56,763 nt of DNA from Alphaproteobacteria bacterium (GCA_021324875.1 JAJPIH010000110.1:1-56763); one strand, 5' to 3'; counted from the first letter of the stretch, positions 9,912-20,759 are shown. Notes: generated from the sequence alone by a model not told the origin. Numbers and translations are program-made.

Positions 9912-11192
9912 CTAGGAGCCGGCGGCGAAAGTGGCGCCGGCGGTGTCCGCGACCGGGAGTTGGACCGCGACCGCCACCCGCGCAGGCCTTGCGTAGGCGG
10001 CTTCGAGCCGCTCGGTTGCGGCCGCGACGGCGAGCCGCAGGCCGGCCTCGTTGAAGAACGAACCCGGTATCATGGCCCGCGCCGCCAGAACCCGGCGAAC
10101 CGCGTCGAACAGCGACGGGTCGGGGGGCCGCGCGTCGGTCCAGAAATCGTCGAGGCCGCCCTGATAGGTGAGCCCCGGCATATCGTACACCGCTTTGCCC
10201 AGCGCGATGACCGGCAGTCCTCTGGCAACCGCCTGGGCGCCGACCGTGCTATTGACGGTGACCACGGCGTCGGCCCCGGCCAGGACCTTTGGCAGATCGC
10301 CGCCGTCGAGCACGGTGACCCGTTCGGCAACCAAATATTCCGCCGCAAGATGACCGACCATGCCGGCCCAATCAACCAGCCCGCTATCCATCGGATGCAG
10401 TTTTACGATGAGCCGCGCGGTCGATGGCGCATGCGCCGCGAACGAGCTTAGCACATGGTCGATGGCGAGATGCGTGGCGCGAAACGGGGAATGCACCCGC
10501 ATCTGGGAATCACAATCGAGTTGCAGCGGGAAGAAATAGCGCGGATCGCCGCGAAGCGCGGCGATTTCTGCGGCGGCGCGGCGCTCGGAGCGGCGCCTCA
10601 GCAACAGACGTCGCGCCCACCCGGCATATTCGACCGCCTGATAATAGGGGCGGTGCGTGCGGTAATGCGGAAAGCGCCACATCTCCGCCGTCGATGCGAG
10701 GTAATAGAGGATGTCCTCGCATGCGCGGCGGCGAAAGCTGCTTGGCACCCGCGGCGGCGGCTGCCATTCGGGCAGCAGGCGCGCCTGTTCGCGATACCAA
10801 TCAGGGTCTTTGGGCAGTGACGAATATCCGTTGACGCCCCCTTGCTCGAAGGTGATCCAGTCGGGGCGCAAATAGCCTTCCTCGACGACATGCACGAGCA
10901 GGCAGCGTTGTTCGGCAATCCGGATCGCGGCCCGATGGAGCGGGCGACAGTCACCGAACAGGATGATGTCGCTGATCGCATGGTCGGTGACGAATTGATC
11001 GAGAAACTCCGGCCACTCGTGCTCGCGTCCGCGAAAATCGACGCCGTTGGGCAGCCGCCAGAAGGCGCGATCGCCACCGTTGAAATTGATCCGGTAGACA
11101 CCATGACCGCGCGCGGCAAGAGCGGCGCCCAGGCGTTCAAAGAACCGCGCCGGCAGGCTCTGCAGGAACAAAAAGCTGCGTTCGCTAACCAT
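9912..11192 (-). CDS. kpsS: capsular polysaccharide biosynthesis/export protein KpsS-like (Capsule_synth family, beta-Kdo transferase type)
   Basis: 426 aa. Motifs FLFLQS, ILFGDCRP, VEEGYLRP, FFPLQL..DSQ and VNSTVG are characteristic of KpsS/LipB. Confidence 0.8.
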   Translation of the reverse strand: MVSERSFLFLQSLPARFFERLGAALAARGHGVYRINFNGGDRAFWRLPNGVDFRGREHEWPEFLDQFVTDHAISDIILFGDCRPLHRAAIRIAEQRCLLVHVVEEGYLRPDWITFEQGGVNGYSSLPKDPDWYREQARLLPEWQPPPRVPSSFRRRACEDILYYLASTAEMWRFPHYRTHRPYYQAVEYAGWARRLLLRRRSERRAAAEIAALRGDPRYFFPLQLDCDSQMRVHSPFRATHLAIDHVLSSFAAHAPSTARLIVKLHPMDSGLVDWAGMVGHLAAEYLVAERVTVLDGGDLPKVLAGADAVVTVNSTVGAQAVARGLPVIALGKAVYDMPGLTYQGGLDDFWTDARPPDPSLFDAVRRVLAARAMIPGSFFNEAGLRLAVAAATERLEAAYARPARVAVAVQLPVADTAGATFAAGS

Positions 11193-11576
11193 TGTCAGCG
11201 AACCGGCGCCAGATAGACCCGGCCAATGGGGCGGAATTTGACTTCAGCTGACCCCCCAACGCGAAGCAGCAACCGGCGCTGTTGCGTCACAACGGTTTGT
11301 CTATGGTAGCGCTACTTTCCTTCAGGTTGGGGATAAATGTCCACGCTTTTTGCACCGCGACAGGAGCGCCCGCGCGACCCGCGCCGCAAGCCGCCGCAAC
11401 GGGTTGGCCTGGGCGCTCTCACCACACCGAAAATCCGCTGCGGCCGTGACGATTCGGGCCCGTATCTCCGTTCCACCGCTGCCGCCGCGCGCCCCGGCCG
11501 CGGCGGATCTTCACTCTTTTTTAGACTCTGCAGGTTTTGATCGCGCGGATGGTTGACCCCGCGGAGGAGGTAGCCG

Positions 11577-11936
11577 ATGGCGCGCATTCTCCTCGCCGAG
11601 CCGGATCGGCGCATCCGTCAATTCTTTGCCGGCATCCTGGCGGATTGCGGGCATGCGGTCGAAGCGTGCAGCAGCGCCGCGGAAGCGACGACCTCGCTGG
11701 CGGCGCGACGGGTTGATATCGTCATCACCGATATGGTGCTCGATCCGGACCCGGCGATCGATCTCGGCCTCAAATGTGCGCATCTGGGAATTCCGACCGT
11801 CACTTTGAGCGGCGGCAAATTCCGGCCGCAGCAATCCGCGGCCGAACGGCCGCCGGCGCTGGTCGAAAAGCCGTTCCGGTTCGGGGATTTGCAAACCGTC
11901 TTGAAGGTCGTCGCCGGCGAGGCCGAAACGGTCTGA
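11577..11936 (+). CDS. single-domain response regulator (receiver only)
   Basis: 119 aa. Acidic pocket LLAEPD, acceptor IVITDMVL, TVTLSG and VEKPF are all present. GGAGGAGG SD. Confidence 0.8.
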   Translation: MARILLAEPDRRIRQFFAGILADCGHAVEACSSAAEATTSLAARRVDIVITDMVLDPDPAIDLGLKCAHLGIPTVTLSGGKFRPQQSAAERPPALVEKPFRFGDLQTVLKVVAGEAETV

Positions 11937-11955
11937 TCCGACCTTTGAGGGGGCT

Positions 11956-12708
11956 TTATTCGCCGGTGTGGTCGTGGCGTGCGCAAATCAGAAATTCGCG
12001 GTTGCCCTCCGGGCCGCGGATCGGGCTTTCGACGACGCCTCGCACCCGCCAGCCGGGTTGTTGCGCAAGCCAGCCGGCGACGCGCGCGCACACGGCGCGG
12101 TGTACCGCGGGGTCGCGAACCACGCCGCCCTTGCCCACCTGTTCGGGCCCAGCCTCGAATTGCGGCTTGATAAGCGCCACCAGAACCGCCGCCGGCGCAG
12201 CGAAGGCGAGCGGCGTCGGCAACACCGTCCCCAACCCGATAAAGCTTGCATCGCAGACGATAAAATCGACGGGTTCGGGGATCTGCGCGCGGGTCAGATA
12301 ACGCGCGTTGGTGCGCTCCAGGACGATGACCCGCGGATCACCGCGCAATCGCCAGGCGAGCTGTCCGTGGCCGACATCGACCGCATAGACGCGCCGTGCG
12401 CCATGGGCCAGCAAGACGTCGGTAAAGCCGCCGGTCGCCGCTCCGATGTCAAGCGCGACCGCACCGGCCGGGTTGAGCGAGAAATGCGCGAGCGCATGAG
12501 CGAGCTTGACGCCGCCGCGCGAGACCCAAGGATGGTCACGGCCGCGGACCGCAAGCACGGTATCCGCGGCCAGCAGCTCACCGGGCTTGGCGACCCGCCG
12601 CTCACCGGCAAAGACGAGCCCGGCGAGGATCATGGCCTGGGCCCGCGACCGGCTTTCGGCCAATCCCTGCCGCGTCAAAAGCTGATCGGCTCGTTCCCTT
12701 GCCACCAC
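11956..12708 (-). CDS. tlyA: TlyA-family rRNA 2'-O-methyltransferase
   Basis: An S4-like N-terminus (RADQLLTRQGLAESRSRAQ) followed by the SAM motif LDIGAATGGFTDVLL. Confidence 0.85.
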   Translation of the reverse strand: MVARERADQLLTRQGLAESRSRAQAMILAGLVFAGERRVAKPGELLAADTVLAVRGRDHPWVSRGGVKLAHALAHFSLNPAGAVALDIGAATGGFTDVLLAHGARRVYAVDVGHGQLAWRLRGDPRVIVLERTNARYLTRAQIPEPVDFIVCDASFIGLGTVLPTPLAFAAPAAVLVALIKPQFEAGPEQVGKGGVVRDPAVHRAVCARVAGWLAQQPGWRVRGVVESPIRGPEGNREFLICARHDHTGE

Positions 12709-12752
12709 CTCCGGATATGGCCTGGATCGGTCGTCGGGCCCCGCCGCTCGCT

Positions 12753-14693
12753 TCAGGCCCGCGCCGGCTGGTCGACGATTTCACGACCGAGCGCGCCCAG
12801 CGCCGTCGCGACGATGTGGCGGGCGTTGAGCCCGGCCTTGTCGTATTGGGCCTGCGGGCTGTCGTGGTCGAGGAAGAGGTCCGGCAGCACCATCGTGCGA
12901 ATTTTGATCCCGTGATCGAGCAGGCCGGCCCCCGCCAGATAATGCAATACATGGCTGCCGAAGCCGCCGATCGCTCCCTCCTCGATTGTGATCACCACCT
13001 CGTGCTCACGCACCAACCGGGCGATCAGGTCGGTGTCGAGCGGTTTGGCGAAGCGGGCATCGGCCACGGTTGTCGACAAGCCGTACGAGGCCAGTTCCTG
13101 CGCCGCCTTCATGCATTCGCCGAGCCGCGCACCGAGGTTCAACAGAGCGATCGTGGTGCCTTCGCGCAGAATCCGGCCGCGACCGATCTCCAGCGGCGTC
13201 CCGCGCTCGGGAAGCGGCACCCCGATGCCATCGCCGCGCGGATAACGCACGGCCGACGGGCCTTCGTCATACGCCGCACAGGTCGCGACCATATGCATCA
13301 ATTCGGCCTCGTCGGCGGCGGCCATGATCACAAAACCGGGCAGGCAACCGAGATAGGTGATGTCGAACGAGCCGGCATGGGTCTTGCCATCGGCGCCGAC
13401 CAGCCCGGCGCGGTCGATCGCAAATCGCACCGGCAGGCTCTGGATCGCGACGTCGTGCACGACCTGGTCATAGGCGCGCTGCAGAAACGTCGAATAGATC
13501 GCCGCGAACGGCTTCATGCCCTCGGCGGCAAGGCCCGCCGCAAAGGTGACCGCATGCTGCTCGGCGATCCCGACGTCAAAGCACCGATTGGGAAACTTCT
13601 CGCCAAAGAGGTTGAGCCCGGTGCCTGACGGCATTGCCGCGGTAATGGCGATGATGCGGTCGTCATGTTCGGCTTCTTTGATCAGGGCCTTGGCGAACAC
13701 GCTGGTGTAGGAGGGCGCCTTCGAGCTTGATTTGGCCTGGGTGCCGGTGATCACATCGAATTTGGCGACGCTATGCCATTTGTCCTCGGCTTGTTCGGCG
13801 GACAAATATCCGTGCCCCTTTTCGGTCACCACATGCACCAGGATCGGCCCGCTTTCCTTGGTGTCGCGAACGTTTTTCAACACCGGCAGCAAATGGTCGA
13901 TGTTGTGGCCATCGATCGGCCCGACGTAATAGAATCCCATCTCCTCGAATAAGGTGCCGCCGGTCACAAAACCTCGTGCTAATTCTTCGGCGCGACGGGC
14001 GGCGTCTTCGAGCGGCTTGGGGAAATGCCGGGCCACTTCCTTGGCGATATTGCGCAACGACATGAATGATTTCGACGACAAGAGCCGCGACAGATAGGCG
14101 CTCATCGCGCCCACCGGCGGGGCGATCGACATGTCGTTGTCGTTGAGAATAACGATCAGCCGCGAATCCATCGCCCCGGCATTGTTCATCGCCTCGTAAG
14201 CCATGCCGGCGCTCATCGCCCCGTCGCCGATCACCGCGATCACGTTGCGCCGCTCGCCGCGCAGATCACGGGCGACGGCCATACCGAGTGCCGAGGAGAT
14301 CGAGGTCGAACTGTGAGCGGCGCCAAACGGATCGTATTCGCTCTCCGAGCGCTTGGTGAACCCGGAGAGCCCGCCGCCCTGGCGGATCGTACGGATCCGG
14401 TCGCGCCGTCCGGTCAGGATTTTGTGCGGATAAGCCTGATGTCCGACGTCCCAGATCAGGCGGTCATTCGGCGTGTCGAAGACGTAATGAAGCGCGACCG
14501 TCAACTCGACAACGCCAAGCCCGGCGCCGAAATGACCGCCGGTGATCGAAACCGCGTCGATCAGCTCGGCGCGCAGTTCGTCGGCAAGCTGCCGCAGGTC
14601 CGATTCAGGCAACCGCCGCAAATCGGCCGGCGTATCGACCCGGTCGAGCAACGGCGTCCGATTGGAGATCGCGCGGATCGGATTTGGGTCCAA
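12753..14693 (-). CDS. dxs: 1-deoxy-D-xylulose-5-phosphate synthase
   Basis: TPLLD..PADLR N-terminus, TPP motif [18 protein letters not shown], and transketolase-like C-terminus. Start set at TTG 14693, 6 nt after AAGGAG, which itself overlaps the ispA stop. The track start 14726 would overlap ispA by 23 nt. Confidence 0.93.
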   Translation of the reverse strand: MDPNPIRAISNRTPLLDRVDTPADLRRLPESDLRQLADELRAELIDAVSITGGHFGAGLGVVELTVALHYVFDTPNDRLIWDVGHQAYPHKILTGRRDRIRTIRQGGGLSGFTKRSESEYDPFGAAHSSTSISSALGMAVARDLRGERRNVIAVIGDGAMSAGMAYEAMNNAGAMDSRLIVILNDNDMSIAPPVGAMSAYLSRLLSSKSFMSLRNIAKEVARHFPKPLEDAARRAEELARGFVTGGTLFEEMGFYYVGPIDGHNIDHLLPVLKNVRDTKESGPILVHVVTEKGHGYLSAEQAEDKWHSVAKFDVITGTQAKSSSKAPSYTSVFAKALIKEAEHDDRIIAITAAMPSGTGLNLFGEKFPNRCFDVGIAEQHAVTFAAGLAAEGMKPFAAIYSTFLQRAYDQVVHDVAIQSLPVRFAIDRAGLVGADGKTHAGSFDITYLGCLPGFVIMAAADEAELMHMVATCAAYDEGPSAVRYPRGDGIGVPLPERGTPLEIGRGRILREGTTIALLNLGARLGECMKAAQELASYGLSTTVADARFAKPLDTDLIARLVREHEVVITIEEGAIGGFGSHVLHYLAGAGLLDHGIKIRTMVLPDLFLDHDSPQAQYDKAGLNARHIVATALGALGREIVDQPARA

Positions 14694-14703
14694 TGCTGGC
14701 TCC

Positions 14704-15615
14704 TTACGTGCGGCGGCTGATAACAAATCGCGCCGCCTCGCCTAAAAGTTCCGCTCTTGCTCCGAACAAATCAAGGTGGGTGACGGCCTGGCCGATCAGC
14801 CGTTCGGCTTGGCGGCGCGCCTGATCGACGCCGAGGATGGAAACAAAGGTGGCCTTGCCGGCGGCGGCGTCGGCGCCGACCGGCTTGCCGGTCTCGGCGG
14901 CCGAGCCCTCCACGTCAAGCAGATCATCAGCGATCTGAAACGCCAGCCCGAGATCGTGCGCGTAACCGCGCAGCGCCGTGCGCGCCTCGAGCGGGGCTTT
15001 GGCCAACACCGCGCCGGCCTCGCAGGCGAATGCGATCAGTGCTCCCGTCTTCATCCGCTGCAGGCGGGTGATGGCGCCGATGTCGAGCTGACGATGCTCG
15101 GCGATCAGGTCGATCATTTGGCCGCCGACCATGCCGGCAGCGCCGGCGGCGGCCGCAAGTGCGGCGACAAGCTCGCAGCGCACGGCCGGATCGGCGTGGG
15201 TGTCGGGATGCGCCAGCACTTCGAATGCGCGGGTCAGCAAGCCGTCGCCGGCGAGAATCGCCGTCGCCTCGTCGAATTCCTTATGACAGGTCGGCCGCCC
15301 CCGCCGCAGATCGCTGTCGTCCATGGCCGGCAGGTCGTCATGAACCAAGGAATAGGCATGAACCATCTCGATTGCGGCCGCCACCTGCAGCGCGCATCGA
15401 CGATCGACCGCGAACAACCGGGCGCCGGCCAGCACCAGAAACGGCCGCAGCCGCTTGCCCGGGCTCAGCGCGGCGTAGCGCATCGCCTCATAGACCCGCG
15501 CTTCGAGGTCGCGGGGCGCAACGAGCAGCCGGTCGAGCAGCGAATCAGTCAGGCTGGCCGCCTCTGACAGGGCCTGCTCGAAGGAGAGCGGATCGGGCCA
15601 CAGGGTATCAGTCAA
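14704..15615 (-). CDS. ispA: polyprenyl (farnesyl/geranylgeranyl) diphosphate synthase
   Basis: Asp-rich motifs [11 protein letters not shown] and FQIADDLLD. Start is ambiguous: TTG 15615 overlaps the xseB stop as TTGACTGA, and TTG 15669 is the track start. Confidence 0.88.
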   Translation of the reverse strand: MTDTLWPDPLSFEQALSEAASLTDSLLDRLLVAPRDLEARVYEAMRYAALSPGKRLRPFLVLAGARLFAVDRRCALQVAAAIEMVHAYSLVHDDLPAMDDSDLRRGRPTCHKEFDEATAILAGDGLLTRAFEVLAHPDTHADPAVRCELVAALAAAAGAAGMVGGQMIDLIAEHRQLDIGAITRLQRMKTGALIAFACEAGAVLAKAPLEARTALRGYAHDLGLAFQIADDLLDVEGSAAETGKPVGADAAAGKATFVSILGVDQARRQAERLIGQAVTHLDLFGARAELLGEAARFVISRRT

Positions 15616-15856
15616 GCTTTGCCGGCTCCGCCGAAAGGGCGCCGTCGGGGCCGACGACAATTCGATCAACCCGCTGCCGCGCCTCGTTGAGTTTGCGCTC
15701 GCAATGTTGCTTCAAGAGGGCACCGCGTTCGTAGGATTGAATTGCCTCGTCGAGCTTGACCTGGCCGCCCTCGAGACGGCGCACAATCTGTTCGAGTTCG
15801 GCGAGCGCATCCTCGAAACTCATCGCGTCGATCTCGGCGGGGTCGGTTTCGGTCAT
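15608..15856 (-). CDS. xseB: exodeoxyribonuclease VII small subunit
   Basis: 82 aa. SFEDALAELEQIVRRLE..L.LDEA is typical of XseB, and xseB-ispA-dxs synteny is conserved. Confidence 0.9.
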   Translation of the reverse strand: MTETDPAEIDAMSFEDALAELEQIVRRLEGGQVKLDEAIQSYERGALLKQHCERKLNEARQRVDRIVVGPDGALSAEPAKLD

Positions 15857-15966
15857 CAGCTCAATTTAGCAAAATGGGCGAGAATGAACCGGCGCTGCGC
15901 CATCGTCGAGCGAACATTATTTTCCTTTCATCGCGCCACTGCAACAGGCCGCGGATCTTGTGCCGC

Positions 15967-16893
15967 TCACGCCGCCATCAACGCTGCGACATGGACCGCC
16001 GCGCTTGCCGCCAGGGCTGCAAGATCGTAACCGCCTTCCAGGGTCGAGACGAGCCGTCCCTGGGCATGGCGCGCGGCAAGCGCGACCAGTTGTTGGCTGA
16101 CCCAGCGATAATCCCCCTCGTCCAGCAGCAACTGCGCCAGCGGGTCGGCTCGATGCGCGTCAAAGCCGGCCGAGACGATCACGAGGTCCGGCCCGAATTG
16201 ATCGAGCGCCGGCAGGATCTTTGCACCAAACGCGTGACGAAAGTGCTTCGATCCGGCCAGCGGCGGCAGGGGTGCGTTGACGATATTGCCGACCCCGGTC
16301 TCGTCTGCCGCCCCGGTGCCGGGGTAGAGCGGCGACTGATGCGTCGACGCATAGAATAGGCTTGGGTCAGCCGCGAACGCCGCTTGCGTGCCGTTGCCAT
16401 GGTGGACATCGAAATCGACCACCGCAACCCGGTCGAGCCCGTGCACGATGCGGGCTCGCAAAGCACCGATCGCGGCGTTGTTGAACAGGCAGAAACCCAT
16501 GGCCCGTTCGGGTTCGGCATGATGGCCCGGCGGCCGGACGGCGCAAAAGGCGTTGGCGGCGTCGCCGGCGACGACGGCGTCGACGGCCGCAACCACGGCG
16601 CCCGCGGCGTGCAGGGCCGCGCGTCCGGAGGCCGCCGAGATCACCGTATCGGCGTCAAGAGCGACGTGACCGGCTTGCGGAACCGCCGCCAGAATATGCT
16701 CCACATGCCGCCGTGAATGCACGCGCAGCAGGTCGTCGAGTTCCGCCGCCGGCGCCTCACGTCGGTCGAGGGCGGCAAATCCCGGCGCGGCGAGCGCCGC
16801 CAGCACGGCGCGCAGGCGGGCCGGGGCTTCGGGATGATAGGGGCCGGGATCGTGGTCGAGGCAGTCCGGATGCGTGTAAAGGATTGTGGTCAT
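15967..16893 (-). CDS. histone deacetylase-family (acetylpolyamine/acetoin-utilisation type) deacetylase
   Basis: Motifs RPPGHHA, DFDVHHGNGTQ and EGGYD. Start set at ATG 16893 (MTTILYTHP). Confidence 0.85.
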   Translation of the reverse strand: MTTILYTHPDCLDHDPGPYHPEAPARLRAVLAALAAPGFAALDRREAPAAELDDLLRVHSRRHVEHILAAVPQAGHVALDADTVISAASGRAALHAAGAVVAAVDAVVAGDAANAFCAVRPPGHHAEPERAMGFCLFNNAAIGALRARIVHGLDRVAVVDFDVHHGNGTQAAFAADPSLFYASTHQSPLYPGTGAADETGVGNIVNAPLPPLAGSKHFRHAFGAKILPALDQFGPDLVIVSAGFDAHRADPLAQLLLDEGDYRWVSQQLVALAARHAQGRLVSTLEGGYDLAALAASAAVHVAALMAA

Positions 16894-16979
16894 CGCCGGT
16901 CCTCGTCTTTTGTGACCGCACCTCAGTGTCGCATATTCGCGCCGCCGCCATAATCGCAAACGGCAACCAGCACGGGCCG

Positions 16980-17348
16980 TCAAAAACGGCGCAGGACACT
17001 AAGACCCAACGCCGCCCAACCGATCAACAACGCGGTGCCGCCAAACGGCGTTACGAAAGCGAAGGCCCGGCTGCCGGTCTCGGCCAGCGCGAACAGGCTG
17101 AAGCTGAACAGGCCGATGCCGGCGACAAAACTCCAACCGGCGATCGCGATCAGCAACGAAGGATGGTCGTCGCGCCGCGCCAGACCCGCAACCGCGACCA
17201 GCGCTGTCGCATGAACGAGGCCGTAGAAAGCGCCGGTACGCAGCAATTCGGCGGCATGCACACCCGCACCGGCATGGTCGGCAAGCGCGCCCGCCGCCAC
17301 CGAGACAAATCCGCCGACCGCCGCGGCCGCAACCCAGATGCGGATCAC
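16980..17348 (-). CDS. DUF423 family membrane protein
   Basis: 122 aa with four TM helices, and a GA.A.H...Y....HA pattern typical of DUF423. The GTG start overlaps the upstream stop (GTGA). Confidence 0.75.
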   Translation of the reverse strand: MIRIWVAAAAVGGFVSVAAGALADHAGAGVHAAELLRTGAFYGLVHATALVAVAGLARRDDHPSLLIAIAGWSFVAGIGLFSFSLFALAETGSRAFAFVTPFGGTALLIGWAALGLSVLRRF

Positions 17349-18577
17349 GCAGCCGCCCCGCGGCCGGCCAAGGCCTCCCGGTAGAGCGCCACCGTCGCGC
17401 GCGCAACAACCTCTTCGGCAAAGTCATCTTCGACCAGCCGGCGGCCCGATCGGCCCATCGCCGCCCGCCGCGCCGGATCGGCGGCCAGAGCGGCGATGGC
17501 GGCGGCGAATGCGCCGATATCGCCGGGGGGCACCAATATGCCGCTTTGCTCAGGGCCCTTGCGGACGACTTCGCGACATCCGGGCACGTCACTGGCCACA
17601 ATCGGCCGGGCGCAGGCCGCGGCTTCAAGCAGCGCCTTTGGCACGCCCTCGCCATAGGTGGAGGGCAGCACCGCGATGGCCGCTTCGCGCCAGACCCGGC
17701 GCACGTCGTCTACCGGCCCGAGCCAACAGATCCCGGGCGCGGCGGCGAGGGCCGAGAGTTCCGCCGCCGTCAGCGAGCCGGGATTGTCCGGGTCGGTCGG
17801 GCCGGCCAGCAACAACCGGACCGGAAGGTTGCGCTCGCGCAACATCGTCACCGCGGCCACCGCCTCCAGGACGCCCTTAGCGCGCAGCATGCGCGCCACC
17901 AGCGCCACGGTTACGACGCCTTCTGCCGGCGGCGGAAGCGGGGCAAAGTGCCGGGTATCGACGCCGGAGCCGCGGATCAGCGAGAGCCGCGCGGGGTTCA
18001 CCCCGAGGGCGGTGAGCGCCGCCCCGTCTTCAGGGTTCTGGACGACAACCCGGCCCCGGTTGCCGGCGAGGGCGAGGCGCAGGGCGCGGCGTAGCCATTG
18101 TCGCCGCCAGCGCGCCGCGATCCCATGTGCGGCGAAGCCGGATCCGAGCCCCATCACCGCATCAATCACCGCCGGTCCGCGCGACCCGCCGCCGAACACC
18201 AGAGCGCGCGCCAGCCCGCCGTAAAGGACCGGCTTCAGCGCGACATGATGCAGCAGGTCGGGCTGCTCGCGGCGATAAAGGCGCGCGATTTCGGCGATCG
18301 CTGCCGCCTGGGCAAAGGTGCGGTCACCGCGCCGCCGCCAGCGCAGCGGGCGCAGGCCGAAGCCTTCGGCGGCGATGCGCTCGCCATGGGCTTGCACGCG
18401 CGCCGCCACGACGACCTCGAAACCGGCGTCCCGGGCAGCGCGCGCGACCGGCAAGCGGTGCGAGCAAAAATACCAATCTTCGGTGACAAGAAAGAGGAGC
18501 TTTGGTCGTTTGCAGCCATCCGCAATAGGGGCGACCGGCCCCGCGCCGGCGATCGGAACGTTTCGGGTTGCGTCCAT
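17345..18577 (-). CDS. glycosyltransferase, GT-B fold (GT4/group 1-like)
   Basis: 410 aa. N-terminus LLFLVTEDWYFCSHR and C-terminal motif PSTYGEGVPKALLEAAACARPIVASDVPG (an EX7E-type region). Confidence 0.8.
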   Translation of the reverse strand: MDATRNVPIAGAGPVAPIADGCKRPKLLFLVTEDWYFCSHRLPVARAARDAGFEVVVAARVQAHGERIAAEGFGLRPLRWRRRGDRTFAQAAAIAEIARLYRREQPDLLHHVALKPVLYGGLARALVFGGGSRGPAVIDAVMGLGSGFAAHGIAARWRRQWLRRALRLALAGNRGRVVVQNPEDGAALTALGVNPARLSLIRGSGVDTRHFAPLPPPAEGVVTVALVARMLRAKGVLEAVAAVTMLRERNLPVRLLLAGPTDPDNPGSLTAAELSALAAAPGICWLGPVDDVRRVWREAAIAVLPSTYGEGVPKALLEAAACARPIVASDVPGCREVVRKGPEQSGILVPPGDIGAFAAAIAALAADPARRAAMGRSGRRLVEDDFAEEVVARATVALYREALAGRGAAA

Positions 18578-18663
18578 CAGCGTTATCGGGCGGGAAGAGC
18601 GGCGCCGGGCCGAGACTTGCCAGCCATCGCCCCCCTCTTTACTCCATACCGGTCGCGAAGGGC

Positions 18664-19638
18664 GTGGGCAATCGCTCGCGCGCGCAGGTAGTAGCGGAGG
18701 CAGGACTGCCGCACATTCTGGTCACTGGGGCAGGCGGCTTTATCGGCGACGCTGTGTGCCATGAGCTTCTGCGCGCCGGCCATCGCGTGCGTGCCGGCGT
18801 ACGCCGCGGGGGCGGGCCGGCTCGCGACGCGGAAACATGGCCGCTTGGCGACATCGGGCCGCAGACCGACTGGTCGCCTGTCCTTGCCGGCATCGATTGC
18901 GTCGTGCATCTCGCCACCAGCGCCCGGCCGCCGGCGAATACGAGCGCGGCCGCGGCCGAGGCTGCGGCGATCGCCGCCTTGGTCCGGGCGTCGGGTGCGT
19001 GCGGGATACGACGTCTTGTCCATCTAAGCTCGATCCGTGCCATGGGCGAGACGGCCCCCGCCGACCGCCCGCTTCGTGCCGCCGACCCTCCGGAGCCGGC
19101 CGATGCCTACGGCCGCGCCAAACTTGGCATCGAGATCGCCGCAACCAACGCGGCTCGGGCCGCCGGGCTTGACCTTGTCATCCTGCGCCCGCCAATGGTC
19201 TACGGGCCCGGTGTCAAGGGCAACTTTCGGGCACTCCTGACCCTCGCGGCAAGCGGTTTGCCGTTGCCTTTCGCCGCCCTGACCAACCGGCGCAGCCTGA
19301 TTTTCCGCGACAATCTCGCCAGCCTTGTCGCTCGCACCTGCACGCATCCGGGCGCGGCTGGGCGGATATTGCTGGCGCGCGATATCGACCTCTCGGTCCC
19401 CGAAATTATCGCCGCGCTGGAGCCGGCACTCGGGGGCCGGGTGAAGATGTTTGCGTTGGGCGCGCCGTGGTGGGCGGCGCTGAGGCTGGTGCCGGTCATC
19501 GGACCGGCGCTGCGTCGGCTCGCCCTGCCGTTCCTTGTCGACGACGCCGAGACGCGGCGGACGCTCGGCTGGGAGCCGCCGGTCGCGCCCGAAGAGGGGC
19601 TTGCCGCAACCGCACGAGCCTTTGCCGGGCGGGGATAA
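18664..19638 (+). CDS. NAD-dependent epimerase/dehydratase (SDR) family protein
   Basis: Rossmann motif ILVTGAGGFIGDAV and catalytic YGRAK. There is no in-frame ATG, so GTG 18664 was chosen and the start is uncertain. Divergent from the glycosyltransferase. Confidence 0.75.
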   Translation: MGNRSRAQVVAEAGLPHILVTGAGGFIGDAVCHELLRAGHRVRAGVRRGGGPARDAETWPLGDIGPQTDWSPVLAGIDCVVHLATSARPPANTSAAAAEAAAIAALVRASGACGIRRLVHLSSIRAMGETAPADRPLRAADPPEPADAYGRAKLGIEIAATNAARAAGLDLVILRPPMVYGPGVKGNFRALLTLAASGLPLPFAALTNRRSLIFRDNLASLVARTCTHPGAAGRILLARDIDLSVPEIIAALEPALGGRVKMFALGAPWWAALRLVPVIGPALRRLALPFLVDDAETRRTLGWEPPVAPEEGLAATARAFAGRG

Positions 19639-19690
19639 GAACGGCGCTGGCGCTGCGGCGTTGTTGAGACACATCTTATGTCCAACGACG

Positions 19691-19999
19691 ATGACCGGCT
19701 TGAGTGAAGACGAAACCCTGATTGCCAGCGCGACCGCCTATGTAATCGAGCTCTATCGCGAGCTCAGCCAGGAAAATGGCGCGCCGACGCCCGGCACACA
19801 GAACCAAGCGGTCGCCTTCATTCTGCGCGATCCGCAATTGCGTCGCGCCGTCGTCGCATGGGGGAGATCGGCCGCGATTGACGAGGCGGTCGCGCGGCCG
19901 CCGCGTCGCTTGCCGCAGGACGAAACCTATTGGCGGGTGGCCGGCTTTCTCCGCGAGGTCATGGACGAACCGGTGTTCCTGCGCGCAAAACGGCGCTGA
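19691..19999 (+). CDS. hypothetical protein (102 aa)
   Basis: ATG 19691 within the track ORF 19535..19999. No family recognised. Codon bias is consistent with coding sequence. Confidence 0.4.
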   Translation: MTGLSEDETLIASATAYVIELYRELSQENGAPTPGTQNQAVAFILRDPQLRRAVVAWGRSAAIDEAVARPPRRLPQDETYWRVAGFLREVMDEPVFLRAKRR

Positions 20000-20067
20000 T
20001 CAGCCGGCCGGTTTGCGCTATATCGCCCGCCATCCACATCGCCCACCAAAGCCGCCGAGGAGAGCGG

Positions 20068-20553
20068 ATGCCGAGCTTCGACATTGTCTCGCGTGTCGAT
20101 CTCGCCGAGGTCGACAACGCCATCGCCGGAATGACCCGGGAAATCGCCACCCGGTTCGATTTCAAGGGCAGCAAGTGCAGTATTGCTCGGACCGAGGGTA
20201 ATCTTACGATCCTCGCCGACGACGAGCTCAAACTGAAACAAATGCACGAGCTGTTGAAGGTGCATCTGACGCGGCGCAAGGTCGATCCGGGGGTGCTTGA
20301 TTTCAGGCCGCCGGAGAAGGCCTCGGGCAACACCGTGCGTCAGAATGTCGGGCTGCGCCAAGGGGTCGACAGCGGTCTCGGGCGACGGCTCGTGCGCGAG
20401 ATCAAAGACAGCAAACTCAAGGTGCAAGTGTCGGTTCAGGGCGACGAACTTCGGGTAACCGGCAGAAAACGCGACGATCTGCAAAATGCGATCGCCGTGA
20501 TCCGCGGCCTCAAAATCGAGCAGCCTTTGCAATACGTCAATTTTCGCGACTGA
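20068..20553 (+). CDS. yajQ: YajQ-family nucleotide (c-di-GMP)-binding protein
   Basis: MPSFDIVS...EVDNA......RFDFKG N-terminus and ...QYVNFRD C-terminus are typical of YajQ (161 aa). GAGGAGAG SD. Confidence 0.9.
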   Translation: MPSFDIVSRVDLAEVDNAIAGMTREIATRFDFKGSKCSIARTEGNLTILADDELKLKQMHELLKVHLTRRKVDPGVLDFRPPEKASGNTVRQNVGLRQGVDSGLGRRLVREIKDSKLKVQVSVQGDELRVTGRKRDDLQNAIAVIRGLKIEQPLQYVNFRD

Positions 20554-20683
20554 TCGGGTGGTGGCTCGCGGCAGCCAAGCGGGCTGCGCGGGGGTGATCG
20601 GGCCCGCCGAGCCGGCGCGATTGCGGCGCCGCCAGCACGCTTGCCGGCGCAACGGGTAGCGGCTATTTAACGCGCAGCGCCTC

Positions 20684-20759
20684 GTCCCCTTCGTCTAGAG
20701 GCCCAGGACACCGCCCTCTCACGGCGGCAACACCGGTTCGAATCCGGTAGGGGACGCCA
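20684..20759 (+). tRNA. tRNA-Glu (anticodon CUC), CCA encoded
   Basis: Folded by hand. Acceptor GTCCCCT/AGGGGAC, anticodon stem CCGCC/GGCGG with loop CTCTCAC, T arm ACCGG-TTCGAAT-CCGGT. Confidence 0.9.

Noticed and set aside
11337-11540. A 67-aa ORF and a terminator-like hairpin, which might indicate a small gene or sRNA in the kpsS/response-regulator intergenic region
   Set aside because: The ORF product is Arg/Pro-rich with a poor start context. The T run sits about 9 nt away from the stem, and no upstream promoter is evident. The evidence is insufficient for a feature call.
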